Source: Flectonema sp. DT1601 (taxonomy: Eukaryota). Taken from it: DNA of 64,000 nt. Where the stretch lies: contig OZ025785.1 of assembly GCA_964019425.1 (NCBI GenBank), positions 1,240,001 through 1,304,000 of the forward strand. The letters run 5' to 3'. The notes below the pieces were generated by a model that made no database searches, was not told the DNA's origin, and was given only the letters and a program-made list of their open reading frames with translations. Below are positions 42,066 to 55,551 of this stretch, in pieces; positions within the stretch are counted from its first letter, which is position 1; the number at the start of each line of letters is the position of its first letter. Position numbers and translations under genes: made by a program.

Positions 42066-43968
42066 ATATTCTTTTTGTTATTCTCCGATATGGTTTGTTG
42101 CATCACGCGTTATGTTTTTTTTTATCCTGTTATCATTTTTTTAATTTCACATAGCCTTATTGGCATTCGTTTGGGAAAGTTCGAACTTCATTCTTTCTTC
42201 GAGGAAGGAAGGGACGTCGGCACCGAGATCGCCAGATGGTGATCGTATTAACTCTGTTTTCATCGCATCAGGTTGGCCTTTGCTTTTTACTTCCGCTAAG
42301 TGCAACATGTTCCCGTACATCTTACTTTCTCAGTCTGACCACCCGCATTATTCGTTATGTATTTCTAGCTCCCTTTCTAAAAAAATATTACTTGTGCCTC
42401 TTGGTATATTCGTTAATATTCTTTTTTATGCCCCTTCGATTGAAGATGGTACTTTGTCCACATTTTCACTTCAATCAAGGCTCAGCGATTCCAGCCTCGC
42501 AGGGGTTTTCGCGTCTTGAAGACTGTTGCCCGTTTTTTCGGGACGTTAGTCAAACTTCTTTTTTACTGATCGAAGACAAATGACCATGGTATCACCACCA
42601 TGATGAGTTACTGGTAAGGATCACGGATATAAATCTTCACCGAGTCGAATCAAGAAATAGTTAACAAGTAACCGCGTCTCTCCCGTGTTGTGATGTTGTG
42701 AAGTGCGTAACTTTATAGGAATCTTCTGAGGTATCCAAATCAGTGTCTTGAAAGGTCCGATTGTTCCAGTACTGAGTAAACGGGCTAAACAAACTTATTA
42801 GACGAATCCTACAGAAGCGTGTGCGTGTATTTCCCTCATGTCTGAAACGACGGAACCCGTAGCCTTTTGCATTACTTTTCGTACAAAGAAGATTAGCTAA
42901 CTGAATCGTTAATGTAGCTAAAGCGAAAAATAATATTATCGGGTAAGTAGCGGAACCAGACAACAGGAACTCTAACTCCTTTACTATTGTCTCGCTGCTT
43001 TGATTTTAGTTCGAATGAAGTGTTTGGTACTGAGTTCAATCAAAGGTCCCCGGTTAAATAGATCTCACACCCTAATAAAAAAAAAAAAAAAAAAAACCCG
43101 TTTTTTGCGTGTTGTTCCCCTTTTCCCTCATCAAGGCGTGCATGTTTGGTTCTTTGGAATGCTGTTGAAAAAAAGAATGAAAGGTATCAAGTGTTGCAGT
43201 TTTTTTTTTTTTTTTTTTTAAATTTTCATCTTTTTATTGCTTGCTCATGCTTGGTTTTCGCTGCCATAAAGCAAGTGACTACAAGATATGATTAATTTTT
43301 TACGAGTCATTCCTCCTTGAGTTACGGAAAGCTTTTTGAACTTTATAAAAAAAGATTTTTTGTACTTGTTGAATGGCTTTGCCTTGACACAATAAATCGA
43401 CCTGCAGGATAGAATCTCTCTCACTGGATTATTCGCTATACAACATTTATTTCCTTTTGTGTTTTCTTTTTATTTTTCACTCCTCCGGGGTTCCCCACCT
43501 TCTTGACTGACGCATGTGAACTTAATGAAAGAAATATATGACAGAGAAAGAAGTAAGAAAACAAAAGAGAAATAGTGGTTTTACGTTGCAGCCGATCAGA
43601 AAGAGGAACTATTGTCTAGCCTATGTTTGGATTTTATGATACGTTCCCAGCGAAATTGGGAGATGCAAAGAGAAGCAAGAGAATAAAATACAGGAGTCAA
43701 AAGAAAAGACATTTGAGAAAAAAAAAAAAAAAAAAAAAAAATAGCAAAAGCATTTAAAAAAAATTTTAAAAAAAAAAAAAAAAAACATATGAAACTTAGT
43801 TAGCTAAGATATCTTATCGTAGTAAATTGTCATCTAAAAAGCGAATGCAAATCGAATGCTTTATTGGCGATGTTATACTGGCAGATTTGTGTCTTAGCTG
43901 TGATTATCATCCTACCTACCTAGTTATTGACCTTTATTATATCTTCATACCAACAGGTGATCGCAAAG

Positions 43969-46905
43969 ATGCTCAGAACAACATTAGGGCGGAGCGTCCG
44001 CCGAATGGGTGTTCCTGCAAGGCAGCCCTTGCACACATTTGATAATTTATTTAACGGCTCTAGTGCAGAGTACTTGGATGGATTATACGAAAAGTGGTGT
44101 GAAGACCCAGCGAGTGTGAATAATGATTTAGCGATGTTTTTCGAAAAGGCTGATACAAAGGAAGGTGCTGAAGAGCTTCTTGAAGAGAATTTGAGACCAA
44201 TTTCTCAGGTAAAGGATGCCAGTGCAACTCCAAAATCAGTCCTACATGCCTTACGAGTAGGTTGGATGTTGAGACTGTGGGCAGTGAGAGGACACAGATT
44301 AGCTAATTTAGATCCCTTAAACCTTGCAGAACATGGAGACTTTCGTAAACCAGGAGTGTCAAAAGTATCTGACAGACCATTGTTCCACCCAGCTAACTTT
44401 GGATTCAAACCAGAAGACATGAGTCAAGTTGTTGATCTCGCTGTAAGTGACAAAATTGGTGGGTTCGTCGCCATGGACCAAACCCCAACCACTGTTCAAG
44501 AAATCTACGACAGATTGAAGGAAACTTACGGTGGTAAAATTGGATGGGAATACATGCACATCTACGACGCTAAAAAGCTCCTTTGGCTCCGCAAGCGTAT
44601 TGAGACTCCAAACCAGGCAAGAGTAGAGCTTGACTACAAGGAACTCCTCCACTGGTTGGGTAGGGCTCAGTACTTTGAAGAGTTTCTGAGCATTAAATTC
44701 TCAAGCATGAAGAGATTCGGTCTTGATGGAGGAGAGGTATTGATTCCCGGGTTAATTGAACTGCTTGAAAAAAGTTCCGACCTCGGAGTCGAACACGTCG
44801 TAATGGGAATGCCACACAGAGGTAGATTGAATGTGTTAGCAAACGTAGCTGGAAAGCCATTGGGTGCAATCTTTAATGAGTTCCAAGGAAAGTTGGGAGG
44901 GCTAGAATTTGGATCTGGAGATGTAAAGTACCACTTGGGATTCTCTGAGAAGCGAGAAATGAGAAACGGGAAAACACTTGGAATGTCGCTAGTCGCAAAC
45001 CCATCTCACTTAGAAGCTGTAAACCCTGTTGTTCAGGGGAAAGTCAAAGCAAAGCAATATTTTGCTAACCACGAAGACCAAGGTAAGGTATTAGGTGTTA
45101 TCATGCACGGTGATGCTGCATTCGCAGGTCAGGGAGTCTGCTTCGAATCAATGGGACTTGGAGACCTAACAGAATACGGCACTGGTGGTATTATTCACAT
45201 TATTGTAAACAATCAAATTGGATTTACTACGGACCCAGTAAGCAGCAGAAGTACTCCATATTGCAGTGACCTCGGTAAGATATTTGGAGCTCCAATTTTT
45301 CATGTAAACGCAGATGCGATTCCAGAAGTTATCAGAGTTTTTAAAATGGCTGCTGAGTGGAGAGCAAAATGGAAAACAGATGTCGTTATTGATCTCATTT
45401 GCTACCGTCGTTATGGTCACAACGAAACTGATGAACCATTATTCACTCAACCAGTTATGTACAAGAAGATTAAGGACCATCCACCTCAGGTGGAGCAGTA
45501 CACTCGCTACCTTATAGAAAATGATTTACTTGCAAAGAAAGACATCGACTCTGAAAAGAAAAAGGTTTCTGACATCTTCAAAACCGAATTTAAGAACATG
45601 GATCAATATCAACACAGAGGAAGATCACCGAGAGCTGAGTGGCTGGAATCATTCTGGGCGGGATTCAAGTCACCGCTACAGCTGGCGAGAATTAAGCCAA
45701 CAGGAATTGATGTAGAAAACCTTACAAAGATTGGTACCGAAATCACAACTTTTCCTCAAGGGTTTAACCTTCACTCGACACTAGCCAGAGTGTTTTCTCA
45801 ACGTAAGGCGAGCATCGAATCCGGGGAAGGAATTGACTGGTCTACTGCTGAATCTCTCGCTTTTGCGACTCTCTTAGCTGAGGGTAACCATGTCCGTGTG
45901 TCTGGACAAGATGTCGAACGTGGAACTTTCTCTCAGCGTCACGCTACCGTCCACGATCAATCGACTGGTGAAAGTTACCAACCCCTTGCTAATATCGCTG
46001 GTGCTACCGCCAAAGCAACAATCATTAACTCATCTCTCAGTGAGTTTGGTGTTCTTGGATTTGAAGTCGGCTACAGCAGTGAAAACCCGAACCAGCTTGT
46101 TATTTGGGAAGCGCAGTTTGGTGATTTTGCGAACACAGCTCAGGTCATTTTTGATCAATTCTTGTCATCAGGAGAAACCAAGTGGTTCCGTCAATGTGGA
46201 CTTGTTGTTAATCTTCCTCATGGTTATGACGGAGCTGGTCCAGAGCACAGTAGTGGAAGACTTGAGAGATTCTTACAGCAAACACCAGAACCAGAAGAAA
46301 ATCCAATGATTGACCCAATTGCTGCTAGACAACAGTGTTGCTGGCAGGTATGCTACCCAAGTACACCGGCAAACTACTTTCACTTGCTGAGACGTCAGAT
46401 TCACCGTGACTTTAGAAAGCCTCTTGTACTGTTCTTTGCTAAAAGTACTCTGCGTGCACCAAACGTATCATCATTGTCAGAGCTCGGTGCAGACTCGGAA
46501 TTCCAGCCTGTTATTGATGACGACAAGGTGACTGATGTCTCAAAGGTCCGAAAGATCATTTTCTGCTCTGGTCAGATTTATCATCTGTTGGATGCAAAGC
46601 GTTCAGGTGATGATGTTGCGATCGTTAGAATTGAGGAGTTGGCACCATTCCCATGGGGATGTGTTACAGAAGTACTAAAGAAGTACCCAGAATCTGCTGA
46701 TTTACAGTGGTGCCAAGAAGAACCAAAGAACATGGGAGCATGGTTGTTTGTTGAGGTCAGAATTCAAAATATCCTTTCCTCCATGGGACAGGACTCTCGC
46801 GATCTCATCTTTAACGGACGTGCCGCAGCTGCTGCACCAGCGACTGGGCACAAGAAGCTTCATGACATGGAGCATGCTACTCTATTGCAAGCAGCCTTTG
46901 CGTAA
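43969..46905 (+). CDS. OGDH: 2-oxoglutarate dehydrogenase E1 component, mitochondrial
   Basis: KRFGLDGGE, GMPHRGRLNVL, GDVKYHLG, NPSHLEAV, HGDAAFAGQG (TPP), SGQDVERGTFSQRH, GPEHSSGRLERFLQ; Arg-rich presequence MLRTTLGRSVRR. Confidence 0.97.
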   Translation: MLRTTLGRSVRRMGVPARQPLHTFDNLFNGSSAEYLDGLYEKWCEDPASVNNDLAMFFEKADTKEGAEELLEENLRPISQVKDASATPKSVLHALRVGWMLRLWAVRGHRLANLDPLNLAEHGDFRKPGVSKVSDRPLFHPANFGFKPEDMSQVVDLAVSDKIGGFVAMDQTPTTVQEIYDRLKETYGGKIGWEYMHIYDAKKLLWLRKRIETPNQARVELDYKELLHWLGRAQYFEEFLSIKFSSMKRFGLDGGEVLIPGLIELLEKSSDLGVEHVVMGMPHRGRLNVLANVAGKPLGAIFNEFQGKLGGLEFGSGDVKYHLGFSEKREMRNGKTLGMSLVANPSHLEAVNPVVQGKVKAKQYFANHEDQGKVLGVIMHGDAAFAGQGVCFESMGLGDLTEYGTGGIIHIIVNNQIGFTTDPVSSRSTPYCSDLGKIFGAPIFHVNADAIPEVIRVFKMAAEWRAKWKTDVVIDLICYRRYGHNETDEPLFTQPVMYKKIKDHPPQVEQYTRYLIENDLLAKKDIDSEKKKVSDIFKTEFKNMDQYQHRGRSPRAEWLESFWAGFKSPLQLARIKPTGIDVENLTKIGTEITTFPQGFNLHSTLARVFSQRKASIESGEGIDWSTAESLAFATLLAEGNHVRVSGQDVERGTFSQRHATVHDQSTGESYQPLANIAGATAKATIINSSLSEFGVLGFEVGYSSENPNQLVIWEAQFGDFANTAQVIFDQFLSSGETKWFRQCGLVVNLPHGYDGAGPEHSSGRLERFLQQTPEPEENPMIDPIAARQQCCWQVCYPSTPANYFHLLRRQIHRDFRKPLVLFFAKSTLRAPNVSSLSELGADSEFQPVIDDDKVTDVSKVRKIIFCSGQIYHLLDAKRSGDDVAIVRIEELAPFPWGCVTEVLKKYPESADLQWCQEEPKNMGAWLFVEVRIQNILSSMGQDSRDLIFNGRAAAAAPATGHKKLHDMEHATLLQAAFA

Positions 46906-48345
46906 GTGCTCCGTAACTTGTTAAGCTATACGAACCAATCAGACTGAAGGAGCACTTTTAGTTCTGTTCGTTATGTAGTAGGTACGTGCAGCATGCTGCA
47001 GTCTATTTCTTACAAATAAGGGAGTCAGTTCCCAATACGAAAAGCAATAAACGTTTTTAACCTGTCGATACTGAAAACGTTAGCGGTACCCTGAGTAGGT
47101 ATCTTATTTCTTAACTCGGTAATGTCTTCCGTGCATTCTTTTTATTGTATTTGTTGCCTCTAATTCGTCCCAAGGTTTCTCCTGGTCTCTATTTTGAGTT
47201 GTATGAAACCCTCTTTATGAGGAGGGGAAGTGTTTCATCCCATACCACGTCGGTGGCGTCGCGTTTGAGTTCGCAGTGGTGAGTGTGCCGTCTTCCCACC
47301 CGTTACGTTATTTTTTTTACACTGGTTCTTAGTGATTGCAACAAGCTGTATAATCATGACAACGGCTGACTAGCCCGAGTTGGGCGTTTTATACTGAGCA
47401 TCTGTAACAACAATTCATTTTCTTACTCTATCATGACTTGTATTAGTGTATGAGAACGAAAAATAAAAAAATAAAAAAAAAAAAATTCGCTACTCCCTCC
47501 ATACCTTTTTTTTTTTTTTTGAAGAATTCCTGTCGAATTAAGTGTAGACTGGCTAACTTTTTTTTTTTTTTTTTTTTGTAAGAACCCTCTCACCATAGAG
47601 GTTCACGTTGTTCTAGTTTTTATTTTATTTTTTGTCGTGATATATACGCACCGGTGTGACTTCAACGTTCTGTTGTTCATTCACGCTAATAAACTTTTTT
47701 TTCCCTTGGTGGTTGCTTGCCGTTCTGCGGCAACATTATAAATTAAATAACTTGAAGCTGCTGCGATACAGTATTCTCTTTTCTTTTTTTTTTTTTTTTT
47801 TTTTTTGTATTTTTTTTAAAAATTGATTCACGTTGTTGACTGAGAGCCATTTTTTTTTCAATATTTAGCTGGTGGCATTAAAATACTGTAATAGACGGGA
47901 AAGGTTAGCCTGAATGCCTAGGAAGCTAGTCGTTCTAGAGGCGTCGTCTTACAGCTAAATATGTCAATTATGGAGTATCAGCTTCCTTGAAGAGATTAAC
48001 CTGAAGAAGAAGAAGAAAAAAAAAAAAAGAAGAAGAAAAGGTGAAATGTGGAGAAATAAAAAAAAATTTAAAAAAAAAAAAAAAACGAGCCCGCAACCAG
48101 TAGCAGGCTAAATAAACAAAGTGAATACATAAAAAAAAAGATAGTCAGCCGTCCTGTTTTTTTTTTTTTTTTCCATGTTTTTTGCAGCTGTTTATTTCTC
48201 ATTGTTTTATATCAGCAGTTCCATTACTTCATTGTAGACACGACATGCGACCTGACACAGAAGAGGTCCCGAGGGACTCAGTAGTTGTGCTATTCCGTAT
48301 GTGAATTATATTACTATTCACCAGAACTTCTTCTCAACAATAAAA

Positions 48346-48837
48346 ATGAAGAGAACGCGTTCCGTAACTGTACCTCCACCAGGAGAAGACTCTGTACCAA
48401 ATGTGATTCACCTCGAGAAAGATGATAACGGGGAAGATAACTACACATTCAGTTTGGGATTCCTACACTGCAAGGTAAAGTACCAATGTATAGCAAAGAT
48501 GAATATACAGGGATGGGTTGATGATGCTGAAGAAATAACCTGTGAAGCACCATGTAAAGAGATTACAGTCAACAACACTAAGCAGGAAATTGATGAGCTT
48601 GGTCGCAAGTTTTGTACTGTTGTTGCGGGAGTCTGTGTACAGGAGGAAGGTCCTGTTGGGTTCAGTTTGCGGCTCGTCTCAAAGGATGGAACAAGCAAGA
48701 TCCTCCACCTTAAAATGCAAGTACTTGGTGATAATCAGGGGCATCCAGCACTGAGATGTGGCGTCACTAGACTGGAACTTCCGCACCCTCCAACCCACCC
48801 AGACTTGTGTTATGTGAGTGAAGATGACACAAAATAA
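48346..48837 (+). CDS. C20orf27/ADISSP (DUF4517)-like protein
   Basis: FSLGFL..K.KY and C-terminal VLGDNQGHPALRCGV resemble this family as I recall it. Confidence 0.6.
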   Translation: MKRTRSVTVPPPGEDSVPNVIHLEKDDNGEDNYTFSLGFLHCKVKYQCIAKMNIQGWVDDAEEITCEAPCKEITVNNTKQEIDELGRKFCTVVAGVCVQEEGPVGFSLRLVSKDGTSKILHLKMQVLGDNQGHPALRCGVTRLELPHPPTHPDLCYVSEDDTK

Positions 48838-49445
48838 CACTACATCGGATTCATCTGTAGTATATCCAATTCGCTTCATTTAGCACGCGTGAAAAAAAAA
48901 GCGAAGATGTATAAACGCTTTTTGACTCCAGAGTAGGTTCCTCCTCATCCTGCTTTCCGTCATTGATGAGTTCGTATTCCGTTGTCTGGATTAGTTTACT
49001 TGCCCTCCCCTATTGTTGACATTAACAGCATTAACAGTTTTTTAAGGTTTTTTGAATTTCGAAAAAAAATTGCTTTTTTTTTTTTTTTTTTTTTGACCTT
49101 TTTGGTTTTTGGTAAGTCTTCGGAGTCTTTGACACCTCTTAGGAACGCGGCGAACTTGACTACCTGAAAAAAAGACCCAAAAAACCTTGGTCGCTTGGTC
49201 TGGTTCGGTGCATGTAGTTTACACTCAGGTACTCTACCTTGACGCTACTGTATCGATGGAATGAAATACTGAATTTACGAAAGTGTTTACTGTAATATAA
49301 TAATCACGGCTCTGCGCATTGTTTTTCGCTATCCCCACTGTTTTGGAGAAATTGTATGACAAAAAAGAGTGCAGTGACACATAAAATTATTAGGGTCCTA
49401 TTCAGCTTATTGTACTTTATAACCAGAAAACTCACAACATTGAAG

Positions 49446-50894
49446 ATGAACGGACATCAGATTGATGTCTCGCCATTAGTGGGACAGGTTAGACAGACGC
49501 GCAGGGTACCTACAGCTGGATCCCCAGGAGTTGATGAGGCTAGAACCAGAGCCATGGCAAGAGCGACATCGTACCGCAGCAAACAGAGATCCATGTCACT
49601 TCCATTGGAAAGAATGTCTTCCAGGAAATCCGTCAGCAGCATCACTGCAATCAAGACACCTCGTGATGGATTAACAACTCCTAGAAAGATCCAAGAAGAG
49701 AATTCCTTTACACCGGTATGCTGTCATATCCTCGTCAGAGCTACCCGTCCATTACCAAATAAACAATACCAATAACAACACAGGGATCATCAACTCAAGA
49801 TCGTGTAAAGCAGGCCATGGAGCGGGCAGCAAGGCGCACAAGAGCAAAGGTGCCGTTGGCTGTGGGAAGTGAATTTAGAAGGTATGTAGGAAACAAATTT
49901 TACTGAGATACTTTCACAGCTTTAAGCACGGTATAATACTAACGTAAATACAGAAGTCAAAGCATGCCCAGCAGTATCGGAAGCTCACCGTCACGGACGT
50001 CATCCCACAGAAGCTCCAGCAGAGATCCTCGTCTCCGACGAGTTAACACACTGCGCAGAAAACTCTACGGGGTTCTGACTGAATTAGAGGACTTAGAGAA
50101 GGTGACTTGTATGTGCCGTAGAAGGCCGTGTTGTCTTGTTATCACATTGTTGGTTTGTTGTTGTTATAAGTAATTAAAAATATAAAACAGCTGGTGCGTT
50201 GACACCGTCATCCCGCTTGTCTGCTGGATGGGAACTTGCACTGAAGGAGGGTCAGCGAAAGGAGGAGTATTTGCAGTCATTGTTAAACCAGAGCCTGGAA
50301 GAAATAAAGATTCACAGGATTGCAAGGGAAAAAGCAGAAGAAGAGCTGAGCAGACTCCGTATCCTGGGTAAGACCTCCCTAGATGTGGAGCTGAGGGAGG
50401 AGCTTGAAAGTGCTGGATGCCTATACCCTGATCCACCTGAAGACGCTCTCTCACAGATGAGAGGTGAAATAATCCGATTGCGGACTGAAAACGACGGTCT
50501 CAAAATGAAAGTTGAGGTTCTTCAGGAGAGAACTCCTACAAAGTTTCACACACTCCCTTTGAAAAGCAGAGATGGTCTTAAAAGACTAGAGTTAGAGGGT
50601 CGATGTGTGGCGTTGGAGCAGATGGTTAAGAGTCAGGAACTTACCCGCTCACAACACCTCCTTCCACACAACGTCAGAACCATTCTTCTCAACAACGAAG
50701 TCGGGTCCGCTCAACAGGAGCAGATCATGAGTGATATTCATGACTTTATTCAGGAACAGAGTACTGGGAATGGTAGCGTTCTCGGCTCACCGACTAGCAT
50801 CTCCCCAACCACAATGTCGCCAGCTATGAAGGAGCGAACAATTTATAGTGTAATTAAACCGCCATCCACGAGCCCTCCAAATAGCGCGCCGTGA
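49446..50894 (+). CDS. Hypothetical coiled-coil protein (exons 49446-49715, 49784-49881, 49954-50108, 50191-50894)
   Basis: Three GTATG...CAG introns with consistent phases (0, 2, 1) join the ORF fragments into one frame. Confidence 0.75.
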
Positions 50895-52588
50895 GTGATA
50901 TCTAATGCGAGCTAATGGCGTTGCATCAGTCAGTAGAATGTGTTGACAAAGTTGTGGAGTGAAGCAGTTTGACATGTGTTGTTAGTATCGATCCCTTTCC
51001 CGTTCCCTTTCCGTAAGATGGTCTCCAGTTTGGCTGTATTATCTGATTACCTTTTTTTATTTTCTTAGTCGTCTCATTCCCTAAGTCCCTTCACCTCCCC
51101 CAACTTTTTCTTTCTCTTACAATTACTTACTGTAAGAACCAAAAGAAACTTGGCGGCACGCGTAAACTATTTCTTAATATCCTATCTGGTTTACACAAAC
51201 GAAACATCATCAGTGTTCGAAATCAGATATCCTAACGCTTTCGAGCGATACAATTGGAGTAAGTTGAATTTTTAACTTTTCTTGTTGGTGTGGTCGGTAT
51301 ATTTTGATTTTTTTTTCCCCTCCCAATTTTAGCCAAGTTTTAAGTTGCTATCTAATTACAGTATCAAGTTCCTAGCTGGGTTCTGTTGGTAGGTGACATA
51401 AACAGACGATCAGCCGCATCCTTTCTCTTATAATGACCTGGTTAACATTCGCAGTAATCCTCTTTTATTTTTTCCAATTAGTAAAAAACATAAACAAAAC
51501 AAAAAGGGGGGATTTGATTGTGCGGTTCACATTCAAACAATACGTGGTTGGGACGGGGGGGAAAGAAGGATGAAAAGTTCTCTTCGCCTTTAGTTCTTGA
51601 AAAATGATCCGAATTGCGTGACCAGAGAGTCAGCGAATACCATATTTATATTTTTTTTTCTTCCTTTTTCTTCTTCCCCTTGTTCTTGTTTCTTCCCAAT
51701 CGGTCACTTGGGGGAGTTTTTTTTAATGCACGTGTTGCATCTTACCAATTATCAACATTATGCACACGAAATTGTACATAATTTTCGCAGGCAATAATCG
51801 ATGAGGAATCGGTGTTGTGTGTAGTCAATTACATCACTTCGATAGTGCTGTTTTTCAAAAAAACTGAAATAAAAATCCAATTCCGTTGCGAACGAAATAG
51901 TTAGAATTAGTTGTTATGGAAGTAACGTCTTTCACTCTTTCTCCAAAAAAAGAAATATTTGAGAAATGAACGGCAGGACAAAGCCAAGCTGGTTGGGAGT
52001 AAGTTGCATGATCAAAGTATCATCTTCGTAACTCCTTTTACAAAATAAAATAAAAAAAAGTAGTTCACTGTAGCAATTGCGCTATCACAGAAGTCCTAAT
52101 CAGTCTCTTCTATTTATGTTTGGCACGCCAACACCTTTTTTCCTTCACTTCAGTATTCCAAGAGTTGTTGTTGTTGTTGTTTTTTTTTTTTTTTTGTCAC
52201 TGAGTTACATTGTGATGTAGCGAAATGCGACCTTGATTTCATTTTATATGTTTAGGCACTTGATTGTTCTCGATTTGGTGTCGTTTTACGAGACTGGTAG
52301 AAACAAAAGACGGTCGGAAAGAAACCAAAGAAGAAAGAAAGAAAAAAACTACTGAAAAAGAGATGATGGGATATGTGGAAGTAGCGTTTTCGGATGTGTC
52401 CGTTAACAAAAAAAAGAAGAATAAGTGTACTGTGTTACTGGTTCTTTGTTGTACTCAGATTTTGTGACTTTTTGATCAACTAATTGTTGGGAAGTAATAT
52501 TTTATTGTTTCCTCCTCTACAGTCTACCAATAAGATGAGAAGACGTTGATTATTTATATTCCTTCCCTCAGCTAAATGTAATTACAAC

Positions 52589-54382
52589 ATGACACGTATA
52601 AGAACCCGTGTTGTTCTTCCGTTTTTTGTCATTCTGTCAGGAGTTGTGTTGTATTTGTCGCTCAATATTTCACTTGGCAGTGACGTGGAAGAAGTGAAGG
52701 TATCCTTTTCACCAATTCCCACCCAAGAATCGAAATCTGTGAAAGTCACCAGCGCGGTTGTGGAAAGTGTCTTGAAGACTACTGACAATCAAACATCCAT
52801 ACAACGGTTAAAGAGAGAAGAAGCAGTTTATTTGCAAGCGGAATTAGCTGGGGGATTGAACAACCAGCGAATATGTCTTGCGAATGCCATAGCGCTGGCG
52901 TACCTGTTAGACCTGAAGTTGCTAAAGCCAACAGGTTTGGGTCCGTTCTCTGAAGTGACGGGTTCGAAACAGTTAGAACAAAAATCGGTTGACATAAACG
53001 AGTACTTTGATCTGTCACTCCTCGACCTTTCAGTAACCAATACTGGACTTATTAAAATGCTTCCATCACTTCCTCATGGCACTAAGAAGATCAAAGCACA
53101 CTTCAAGAGTGGTTCGCATTTGCCACATGAACTCGTATCACAGATTTCTGATTTAGTGTTGTCAAAAAAAGCCAATTATTTGAAGCTGAAATGTCAATTT
53201 TCTGTCGATTGGCTGTCAAGCCCACAAGCCATTCAACATGTAGCAACTGAAGTGATGAACAAGATACGACCTGCCAAGAAGATTAAAGAGGTTGCTGAGG
53301 GTATAATACAGAAATTACCGGACCAATACATTGCTTTACATGTGCGAGCTGAGCCTGATTGGGTTGTGCTTCGTGCCGCAGCATTCGAAAGGATTTCGGC
53401 AAACTTTGACAAAGACTCTGTCACAGAGGGTGAAATTACGGCAGCTCTCCTCTCGGCCAAGTCCATTCTTGTTCCACCTTTCCACAACACAACAATCTAC
53501 ATTGCTGGGGGAACCCCTTGTGATGACTACTTGTTGTACTCAGTAGCTACAAAGCTATCATTACTGCCAAATGTGTTTTGTGGAACGCGGAAAAAAACAA
53601 CCGGAATAGAACTTACGCGTCTTTCAAAGGGAAAAGCAAACAACCTACAGATGCGCAGGGGCGACATGTCATACATCAAAGGATACGTTGACCAGTTAAT
53701 AGCTGAAAGAAGTAGCATTTTTATTGGCCGAAAAGAGTCTTCTTGGGCTGCCATGGTTGCATATGTGAGACGAATGCAGATGGGGTTTTTACAACCGAGT
53801 ACGTTGTATTTACCAGACTACGAAAGGCGGATAAAGAAAAGGGAAGGGTCAGGGGACCTCGACATAAAATGTTTTAACTTTAAGTGCGTCCCTGAAGAGA
53901 CTCCATTCAATGTAAAAAATAGCTATTTTGCTGTTGATATGATGTTGGAGGTTGTGGGTACTGAGAGTGCTCGTTTTGAAGATGTTTTTAAATGTCTGAG
54001 TCAGACATCTCTTAAAGTGTGGCCAGGTATTATGGATAACTCTAACTGCCCTGTGCGACAGTTTCTTTCCTGGTTTGACTCGCGCATACTTCCTTTTCCA
54101 ATTCACGTTACAATCCAAAAGACATCTCATGATGCCGATACTGGGTGGGTTCACTCCTGGATTCCTTCATTTGTTCATTCACAATTAAACATAACTTCGT
54201 TCCTGGATTCTGTTCTTCCTCCTCCAAGAGGAATCTGGATCTACGTAGGTTCGTTAAAATTTTTACACACTCTCTCTGTGTTACCAACAGAAGCTTTTGT
54301 TGAATGTCAAAAGTGCGTTGAGGATATTCGGAAACTGCGTATTCATGGAGTTTATGCACATATGATTTCTCCAAGAACTTAA
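52589..54382 (+). CDS. GDP-fucose O-fucosyltransferase-like type II membrane glycosyltransferase
   Basis: N-terminal signal anchor; GGLNNQR, YIALHVRAEPDW, IYIAGG and VDQLIAERSSIFIG..SSW motifs. Confidence 0.82.
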   Translation: MTRIRTRVVLPFFVILSGVVLYLSLNISLGSDVEEVKVSFSPIPTQESKSVKVTSAVVESVLKTTDNQTSIQRLKREEAVYLQAELAGGLNNQRICLANAIALAYLLDLKLLKPTGLGPFSEVTGSKQLEQKSVDINEYFDLSLLDLSVTNTGLIKMLPSLPHGTKKIKAHFKSGSHLPHELVSQISDLVLSKKANYLKLKCQFSVDWLSSPQAIQHVATEVMNKIRPAKKIKEVAEGIIQKLPDQYIALHVRAEPDWVVLRAAAFERISANFDKDSVTEGEITAALLSAKSILVPPFHNTTIYIAGGTPCDDYLLYSVATKLSLLPNVFCGTRKKTTGIELTRLSKGKANNLQMRRGDMSYIKGYVDQLIAERSSIFIGRKESSWAAMVAYVRRMQMGFLQPSTLYLPDYERRIKKREGSGDLDIKCFNFKCVPEETPFNVKNSYFAVDMMLEVVGTESARFEDVFKCLSQTSLKVWPGIMDNSNCPVRQFLSWFDSRILPFPIHVTIQKTSHDADTGWVHSWIPSFVHSQLNITSFLDSVLPPPRGIWIYVGSLKFLHTLSVLPTEAFVECQKCVEDIRKLRIHGVYAHMISPRT

Positions 54383-54733
54383 TTCTGAAGTTCGTACATC
54401 ATCTGTGAAAACCACAGCTGCTGTCCAAAACAGTTAAGAATTTTGATCCAACTTGTCACCGCAATCACTGTGTTGTTTAGCCAGGGTCAGCCACTTTATT
54501 TTTGATTTGTTTGTTTCTTTTTTTAAAGCGAAACTTAATTATCACTTTTTACTTAACAGCGAAGATGACATTATCGGAACCCCCAGCGGCATTAATCTCA
54601 ATAGGTTGGACTAAATTGTGCAACAAAAAAAAAAGAAAGTCTGTTTGAAAAAATATGTTTTGCACGTTCCTCAATCTCATCATACTCCAAGCCATTCATT
54701 ATTACATTTCGTAGGTTACTCAGGCGAGTTAAA

Positions 54734-55440
54734 ATGCAACTCTCGGTTACGTTCCCAGAGACGTTGTTTTCACAGCTTCTGGAGAGTCGCTCGTGAAGGA
54801 TGCATTGCAGGTTGCAGCTGACGAGTGGGGTACCGATACTGACTTTCTTGAGCTTTCACTCGCAGGATCGCTGCTTCGAGGTAGTCGACTGGTGTCGTAC
54901 GGAGTGGAGGACGGTTCGCTGTTGTTGGAATGGAATGGCTCACAGATGCTGCAAAGAGAGCGAAGGCATTCCTACGAGGAGAACGGGATCAGGACGGGTT
55001 TTTCTGCCTTGATACTCCCACATTCGCTTTGGATGGCTGTCTTCAGTTTAGTAACGGTGAGTGGTTCTCTGATGATGTTACGAACATCTCATTCAGCAAC
55101 TCTGAACCCTCAGTCACGACCGTTTCGGATGATTTCTTATGCTCATCTCGTAAGGTTATAAAGGTCAGTCTCAGGTCTCAGTAATGTTTCAGCTGTTGGA
55201 GACCATTTTCTATTTTGTTGTTCATCCCTCACATCTGTTACCTTATCAGGTCTCAGCAATGTTTTAGTTGTTGGACACTCTTTTCTAAAAAATTGTTCAT
55301 CACTTACTTCCTTGAATTTAACCCTCACGGATGTGAAATCCGTTGGATTTCCTAGAAGGTTGTTCATCCATTAACAGAGACGAACTGCATACGAGCATGA
55401 GGGATTGTCTTGCCCCCCGTTTTCTAAATTTGATTAACAA
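54734..55440 (+). pseudogene. Frameshifted ubiquitin-like + leucine-rich-repeat gene
   Basis: Pieces in different frames: LQVAADEWG..LELSLAG..LVSYGVEDGS, then repeats such as NVSAVGDHFLFCCSSLTSVTLSGLSNVLVVGHSFLKNCSSLTSLNL, broken by frameshifts and stops. Confidence 0.6.
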
Positions 55441-55551
55441 CTGCAAATCTGTCGTCAGGACGATCCTGTATACGGTATATGATTACCGAGTGAATTGTTT
55501 TGTATCCTTCATCAACGTGACGTACCTTTTTCAACAGGAGACAATGTCAAT

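Noticed and set aside
42595..42650. C/D-box snoRNA candidate (ATGATGA...)
   Set aside because: No convincing D box, terminal stem or recognisable rRNA guide.
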